This document shows, piece after piece, positions 36,886-41,801 of a stretch of 41,801 nt of DNA (its first letter is position 1; each line of letters opens with the position of its first letter). Below the pieces are notes generated by a model. It was not told where the DNA came from. It made no database searches and saw only the letters and a program-made list of their open reading frames with translations. This DNA comes from a virus (taxonomy: Duplodnaviria; Caudoviricetes): positions 1 to 41,801 of IMG/VR virus record IMGVR_UViG_3300020045_008362; one strand, 5' to 3'. The position numbers and the translations under genes were made by a program.

Positions 36886-38360
36886 CCCCCCCCGTTTTTG
36901 GCGGCGGTTTCAGTGGTAGCTTTTTCTATAATCCATTCCACTTCTATTCCTGCTTCAGTAAACATTTCTTTATCCCTTTTTATCTGGGCTAAAACAGCAT
37001 CCGGGTTATAGCCCATTTGCTTACAGGCTTCAGTCCATGAAATAAGACCTGATTTTAATTTAAGAATCAAACCGTTTGTTTCTTTCACCGGATCCAACAT
37101 TTCACGGCCTTGTGGCGTCCAGTCTGCCCAGAATTCGCGGGTTATAACGCCGTTTATCATAAGGCCTTCAATAAACCATTTCCAAACCGGTTTACAAAAT
37201 TGCTGAATAAACATGTTGTGCTGCCAGTCTTCTACCTGCCTGTTTGCTTCTATCCATCCCATGCGGCCAGAACTGAAGTTAACATTACCCATGTCCCCGG
37301 TAAGCTGCTCATAAGTTATACCGTAGCCGGCAGCGTTTTTCTGTTGGTTTTTGGAAACATATTCGCTGTATGATTGTGGCGTAGGCGGGGTATTAAATGT
37401 TACTTCTTCGCCGGGCGCTAACCTGGTTATAAGCCCAGGTTCTAAATATTCATTACCGTTTTTACCTTCGCCGGTTTCGTCGTCAAGATCGTCGCCGTCT
37501 GGCGCGGGCTGTGTGGTGAATGCCACATGGGAAGCTGCTACTTTAGCAGACATTATAGCTGCGTCTTCGTAGTCTGCTAAATCCCGCATATTCAACATAG
37601 CGGGCGTGCCTGCCGGAATTCCGCGAACCTGTTCTGGAAAATCTTTATAGAAGACATGTATAACGTCTTCTTTAGAAACAAATTTCGGCGCAAGTCTTAT
37701 CAGGTATTCATTTTTAGGGTCATACTCATACATCCAGTAGCCCACTTTACGTCCGCGGCTGTCGAATTCTACGCCCTGAACAACGTAATTGCCCTGCCTG
37801 TCGCTAAGTATTAAGCTGTTTTTTTGAATGTCTACCATTTGCGGCGCCATTACCTGAAGCTTAAAGGGAACGGGTTTGTTGGCTGCGTCGCGCTGCCTGA
37901 CTACAAAAACTTCACCCTGCAAAAAAGTATTCCTTACGGATAAAGACTGAAGGCCGTAAAAATTAAAAACTTCGTCAAAATCACAGGATTCTACAAACAA
38001 TTCCCATGAATTTTTAATTTTTTTTAATTCAAGCTTTGAAATATCTTTGTCGCCTGGTTTAGCTATAGGCGTTGGCATAATTCCAGTACCAACAACGTTA
38101 TTTTGTATAGTTCTTATAGCCCGGAAGACATTTGAATTATTCTTATATCCGTCTATGGATCGTTCACGAAGTACTGTAGCTGAACGCTGTATATCCTGAT
38201 TCTGGTTCTTATTTCCGCCTACAGCCCAACCGTCGCCACGTCTGGTTAATGTTGCGCCGTCGTAGCCCCTTACTTTGTCGTATTGCATACGTGAACGCAC
38301 GCGTTCCAGTCCCGCTTTAGGTGAAAAAAACGCTATAGCTTTGTCTATTATATTTACCAT
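36867..38360 (-). CDS. portal protein, lambda gpB family
   Basis: YDGA...RR..GW, NVVGTGI, QGVEFD..GR..GYW, QVRGIP, LTGD..VNFSSGRMG, DPVKE. Confidence 0.95.
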   Translation of the reverse strand: MVNIIDKAIAFFSPKAGLERVRSRMQYDKVRGYDGATLTRRGDGWAVGGNKNQNQDIQRSATVLRERSIDGYKNNSNVFRAIRTIQNNVVGTGIMPTPIAKPGDKDISKLELKKIKNSWELFVESCDFDEVFNFYGLQSLSVRNTFLQGEVFVVRQRDAANKPVPFKLQVMAPQMVDIQKNSLILSDRQGNYVVQGVEFDSRGRKVGYWMYEYDPKNEYLIRLAPKFVSKEDVIHVFYKDFPEQVRGIPAGTPAMLNMRDLADYEDAAIMSAKVAASHVAFTTQPAPDGDDLDDETGEGKNGNEYLEPGLITRLAPGEEVTFNTPPTPQSYSEYVSKNQQKNAAGYGITYEQLTGDMGNVNFSSGRMGWIEANRQVEDWQHNMFIQQFCKPVWKWFIEGLMINGVITREFWADWTPQGREMLDPVKETNGLILKLKSGLISWTEACKQMGYNPDAVLAQIKRDKEMFTEAGIEVEWIIEKATTETAAKNGGGVAAKN

Positions 38361-38581
38361 GATCCGCGGCAGTTACGACGGCCCGTAAATGTTCCTTTTG
38401 AAAAAGAAGCGTATTTTCGGCCCTGATTTTTATTTGGGAATAGTTGTCTTTCCATTAAAGCCAAAATGCGTAACATGTCGTCTAAAGAACGATAAGTTAC
38501 AGATTTATCGAAGTATTTAACTTCTAAAACACCCTGGGCAATGGCATCTTTTAAAGCATTATATTGATCTATTGTGTACAT
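38354..38581 (-). CDS. head completion protein, lambda gpW-like
   Basis: AL.DAIA.GV..V.Y.DKSVTYRS.D.M; directly before the portal gene. Confidence 0.85.
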   Translation of the reverse strand: MYTIDQYNALKDAIAQGVLEVKYFDKSVTYRSLDDMLRILALMERQLFPNKNQGRKYASFSKGTFTGRRNCRGSW

Positions 38582-39218
38582 AAGACAAAGATGTATTATT
38601 TATTAAACGCCCTCTAAGTCTGGCGCAAAGTGTAGATTCTTTTAATTTCAATTTACCGGCAGCTTCTTTTATAGAATTGTAAATCTTTCCTGTTTTTGAA
38701 TCTATAACTTTAGTTCCGTGCGAAATTTTTAAATTTTCTATATGCTTTTTAGAAAAAATAATACCTTTTCGAGATTCAGAAAGTAATCTTTTTGATTCTT
38801 CAGACATGAAACTTCCCTTTTGGGCATTAGATATTCTTAATTTCGTTTCTTCTGAAAGGGAATTATTTTTGCCCCGCCTCGCTTCTTTATTTTTTAATGA
38901 TATTTTGTTTTTAGTATATTGTGATAGGTTACCAGATCTGTCAGAAGAAGCGGTTAGCCTACAATTAAGGCCGGATTTACTGCAAACATTGTAAACGTCC
39001 TGCCAGTGTCGTTCCCTGTCGTTTAATAGGGTTATATCACATTCTTCTAAAATCTCAAACACATGGTTTTCGGTACCGTATTTTATGAACGAACTGTGAA
39101 GCCGTCGCTGCTCTTTGCAGGCCTTTTTTTTATATTGTCTAAAACGAACAGGAATGTTCACGCTTTGCCCTATATACACACGGCCTTTAGGTGAGGTTAT
39201 TTTATATATTCCTGTCAT
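38559..39218 (-). CDS. GIY-YIG homing endonuclease with NUMOD3/NUMOD1 repeats
   Basis: GIYKITSPKGRVYIGQS; SEETKLRISNAQKG; IYNSIKEAA. Confidence 0.92.
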   Translation of the reverse strand: MTGIYKITSPKGRVYIGQSVNIPVRFRQYKKKACKEQRRLHSSFIKYGTENHVFEILEECDITLLNDRERHWQDVYNVCSKSGLNCRLTASSDRSGNLSQYTKNKISLKNKEARRGKNNSLSEETKLRISNAQKGSFMSEESKRLLSESRKGIIFSKKHIENLKISHGTKVIDSKTGKIYNSIKEAAGKLKLKESTLCARLRGRLINNTSLSYVHNRSI

Positions 39219-39242
39219 TGGTTTAATTTTTGGTAAATATAT

Positions 39243-39272
39243 AAAAAAACCCGATATAAAATATATCGGGTT
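39243..39272 (-). terminator. terminator closing the small-gene cassette
   Basis: AACCCGATATA-TTT-TATATCGGGTTTTTTT. Confidence 0.85.
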
Positions 39273-39276
39273 AATT

Positions 39277-39399
39277 TTAGCAGTTGTACCAAGCCAACAG
39301 CCAGACCAGTATAGCCATAAGCATAAGCGCTATTAAAGCCAGAAGTATACAGAATATGTTGGCCAATCTATTTATTTTACAGTATTGTTTGGGTGTCAT
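39277..39399 (-). CDS. 40-aa single-TM peptide (not in the ORF track)
   Basis: MTPKQYCKINRLANIFCILLALIALMLMAILVWLLAWYNC*; fills the gap before the terminator. Confidence 0.6.
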   Translation of the reverse strand: MTPKQYCKINRLANIFCILLALIALMLMAILVWLLAWYNC

Positions 39400-39401
39400 A
39401 A

Positions 39402-39584
39402 TTAATTAATTCTTTGTTTGATAAAAAATATTACTTCGTTCCAGTAGTTTTCATTTTGAGATCTTTCCAAACCGTTGCAAACTTCATTAGTCTGTTTTTT
39501 CACAACTTCCGCCGTAACCATAGCATGTTTGGCGCTGCCGTTGTGTTGCTCAATAATCCAAAGGGCTTTTGTGCGTGGTGCCAT
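39402..39584 (-). CDS. small hypothetical protein
   Basis: 60 aa, tightly packed in the cassette. Confidence 0.65.
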   Translation of the reverse strand: MAPRTKALWIIEQHNGSAKHAMVTAEVVKKQTNEVCNGLERSQNENYWNEVIFFIKQRIN

Positions 39585-39586
39585 GG

Positions 39587-39877
39587 CTAAACGTTGTTTG
39601 TATTGTAAGCTTCCACTGCCTTAACAACGTCGTCACCTACGTATAGGCTTGTAATTGCCGCATCCTGTTTAACAGTGTTGCCGCCTGCAAGTTTTAAGGC
39701 TTCTATGTTAGTTCGGGCTACACAATAATTACGGTTTTTATTTACGAACATGTCTACACATTCTGAATCGTTGGATTTACCAAATAAACTACGTGTGCCG
39801 GTGTCGCTGTCTGCATTAATTTTGTCAAGCACATTGCTAACCATTATTTTTTCTGTACCAAAAATTTCTGATTTCAT
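39587..39877 (-). CDS. small hypothetical protein
   Basis: 96 aa, A-rich start region. Confidence 0.65.
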   Translation of the reverse strand: MKSEIFGTEKIMVSNVLDKINADSDTGTRSLFGKSNDSECVDMFVNKNRNYCVARTNIEALKLAGGNTVKQDAAITSLYVGDDVVKAVEAYNTNNV

Positions 39878-39919
39878 AATATTGTTTTTAAAGGGCGGTG
39901 TTAACCGCCCCGTGGTTAA

Positions 39920-40123
39920 TTAATTTACAGCGTAATAGTCAGATGTTTTTAAAAACTGCTTCCAGTCGTTTTCAGTATTATTTTCGTTTTCTTCAAACTC
40001 TTGTTTTGAAAATTTTACTGTCCTGTACTTGGTATAAAACACCCCATTAACATAAGTTCTGATAGTAAAAGTCCTTGCTGATTGGTTAGCTGTTACTTTA
40101 AGTGTTTGGTTTGAAACTTGCAT
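39920..40123 (-). CDS. small hypothetical protein
   Basis: Likely start 40123 (MQVSNQ) after promoter copy 3. Confidence 0.7.
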   Translation of the reverse strand: MQVSNQTLKVTANQSARTFTIRTYVNGVFYTKYRTVKFSKQEFEENENNTENDWKQFLKTSDYYAVN

Positions 40124-40160
40124 GGTTTTTATATTTTTGTTATTGTTATTATTTCTTCTA

Positions 40161-40197
40161 CAAAGATACATATTAAATTTAATGTAGCAAATTTAAT
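40161..40197 (-). promoter_or_regulatory. Bacteroidota-type promoter with operator (copy 3)
   Basis: TTTG-N19-TATCTTTG perfect consensus; 26-bp core at 40172-40197. Confidence 0.82.
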
Positions 40198-40243
40198 GTA
40201 TTAAATATAATAATTATTTTGTTATAAATATAACAATTGTAAT

Positions 40244-41691
40244 TTACCTGCGCTTACGGTCAAACCACCCGCCGCCGCGTCCTTTTTTTCCTGCCTGGGT
40301 AGCCGGGGCGGTAGGTACAGCTACTGGCGCAGCTTCTTTTTTTACTTTTGAATTTGATTTTACTTTTTCCCACATACCGTCTGTAAACCTATCCATACCA
40401 ACAACCCAGGCCGCGGCCCGTGCGTAACAGCGAATATCTAAAGCTTCGTTTCGCTCAAACACTTTTACCCATTGCCATTCGTCGTAACCTTTAGCGTTTT
40501 TTTGCAGGCGGAGTTCTTCAGCAGTAAGCATTTTAAAATAGTACCGGTCCAGTGTATTAGGAAAATGACAGTAGCCTGGCGGAAAACCAGATTCAGAAGA
40601 ATTTAAACGAAGGTTACTATACAGTTCTTCTTTAAGCATATAGGTATCTACCCCCCAGACTTTGGCGGATCCTATCTTTTTGCCGGCCTTCGTTATGGTA
40701 GTTATTTTTGGCATGTGTACCATTATACCGGTGTTTCGCTGTGGCAAACCCCTAACCGGTATTACTTTTGAATAACCGTGTTTTTTAGCGAAGTCGTAAA
40801 CCTTTTGCGTGCGGTGTCCGCCGCTGTCTATTGCTACCTGTCGAATACTCATGTATGATCCATTAGCGCACAAATATTCAGCCCTTACAGCTTCGCTTAG
40901 TTGCGCCCATACTTCGTTATTTGCGGTATCACCTACCAAAACTTTATATTCTATATCCCATGATTCACGGCCTTTACCCCAACCCACTACAGTATATTCT
41001 AAACGGTCGTTCTGGGTATCAACACCCATAGTTAAAAAATATACACCTTCCGGCACCTGGGCAGGGTATTCTTCCCGGCGGTCATATAGTGCGTCCTGAT
41101 CCGGTACTTCTGCTTTAACTTTGTAGGTTTCTCCCAGTACTGTATTTACAAACGTCTGCATTAAAAATTCGTCGCCTTCAGCTTTCAGGTAATCCCTTAC
41201 GGCGTCTTCCCATGAGTAGAAACCAAAGGGGGAATAAAGCCCGGACAGGTGAAACGATATTTTTTTAGGGTTGCTGCTTTTTTTTGTGGCCACCCATTCA
41301 GCTTTACCGTTTTTACTGTAGCCTTTTTCGGCAAACATTTTTGTTTTGTGTCGTTCTTCGTGTAAATACCCACATTCAGGGCAGGCGCAGCGAACCGTTT
41401 CCGGCTGCCCTTCGTTCCAGGTTAAGCAGGCCCAGGTTATTAAAAACAGGTCGCCGCAGCCCAGGCAAAGAACGTTGTAATATTCCATGTCGCCGTCCCT
41501 GAATTCTTTATCTATAACAGATTCGCCTTCAAGTGTTGGAGTAGAAACAAGGATTATTTTTTTGTTCTGAAACGTTCTGGCCCTGGCCCTGGCTAATTCC
41601 ACAGGTGAACCTTCGTCGCCGGCAGACAGCGGAAACCTGTCTACTTCGTCCATTAGTATTTTGCCTACTGGTGTACTGGATAATCCCACCG
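40244..41691 (-). CDS. terminase large subunit, lambda gpA family (5'-truncated)
   Basis: MDEVDRFP...EGSP, STPT, GVDTQ..RLE, IDSGG, RNEALD...YA.AA; N-terminal ATPase part missing. Confidence 0.93.
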
Positions 41692-41801
41692 GTGAATCAT
41701 GGGATATAGAATATAAAGTTTTGGTAGGTGATACCGCAAATAACGAAGTATGGGCGCAACTAAGCGAAGCTGTAAGGGCTGAATATTTGTGCGCTAATGG
41801 A
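41692..41801. repeat. 110-bp inverted duplication of 40859-40968 (probable chimeric contig end)
   Basis: Exact reverse complement; GTGAAT microhomology at the junction. Confidence 0.9.

Noticed and set aside
38559-39218. Group I intron around the GIY-YIG gene
   Set aside because: Flanking genes are intact and there is no non-coding space for a ribozyme core, so it is free-standing.
3656-41502. Many plus-strand ORFs antisense to long genes (e.g. 4227-4679, 11361-11966, 26762-27490, 35499-35900)
   Set aside because: Shadow frames of well-supported minus-strand genes, with no motifs or start signals.
40859-41801. Hairpin telomere or invertible segment
   Set aside because: It interrupts an essential gene at the contig end, and no protelomerase or invertase is seen, so an artefact is more likely.
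1-41801. Stop-codon reassignment, tRNAs, integrase/att site
   Set aside because: Genes are full length under the standard code, and no cloverleaf or recombinase motifs were recognised. The window is incomplete, so lifestyle is undetermined.

Overview
The window is most of the genome of a tailed phage (Caudoviricetes) with a lambda-like head and a P2/Mu-like contractile tail. The head module has a GpA-type terminase, gpW, a lambda-type portal and a protease-major capsid fusion. The tail module has sheath, tube, frameshifted chaperone, tape measure and GpU/X/D/V/W/J/I equivalents. The host is inferred to be Bacteroidota, probably Flavobacteriales, from TAnnTTTG promoters, A-rich SD-less start regions, a DUF3127 SSB and Gln-cleaved signal peptides. 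Bases 1-13 kb (mostly minus strand) hold a Cro-like HTH, SF2 helicase, HNH-like protein, VRR-NUC nuclease, PAPS-reductase-family protein, primase-helicase, a spanin-like pair and a NUMOD4-HNH. Bases 13.1-18.2 kb (plus strand) are an early recombination/anti-defence operon. Bases 18.4-41.7 kb (minus strand) are lysis and virion genes. No integrase, CI repressor or small terminase is visible, and the last 110 bp are an inverted copy of terminase sequence (probable chimeric contig end). The most notable unannotated signals are: a G10 tract separating the portal from a 77-aa -1-frame extension; strand-symmetric depletion of GAG/CTC in core genes; a kissing-loop/terminator leader before the HNH gene; a 26-bp promoter/operator element repeated at three distant small-gene cassettes; a RecE-like nuclease with its catalytic residues replaced; an Acb2/Tad1-like domain; and a tail-fibre-like protein with a Sec signal peptide. 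All family assignments come from motif recognition by eye, not database searches.
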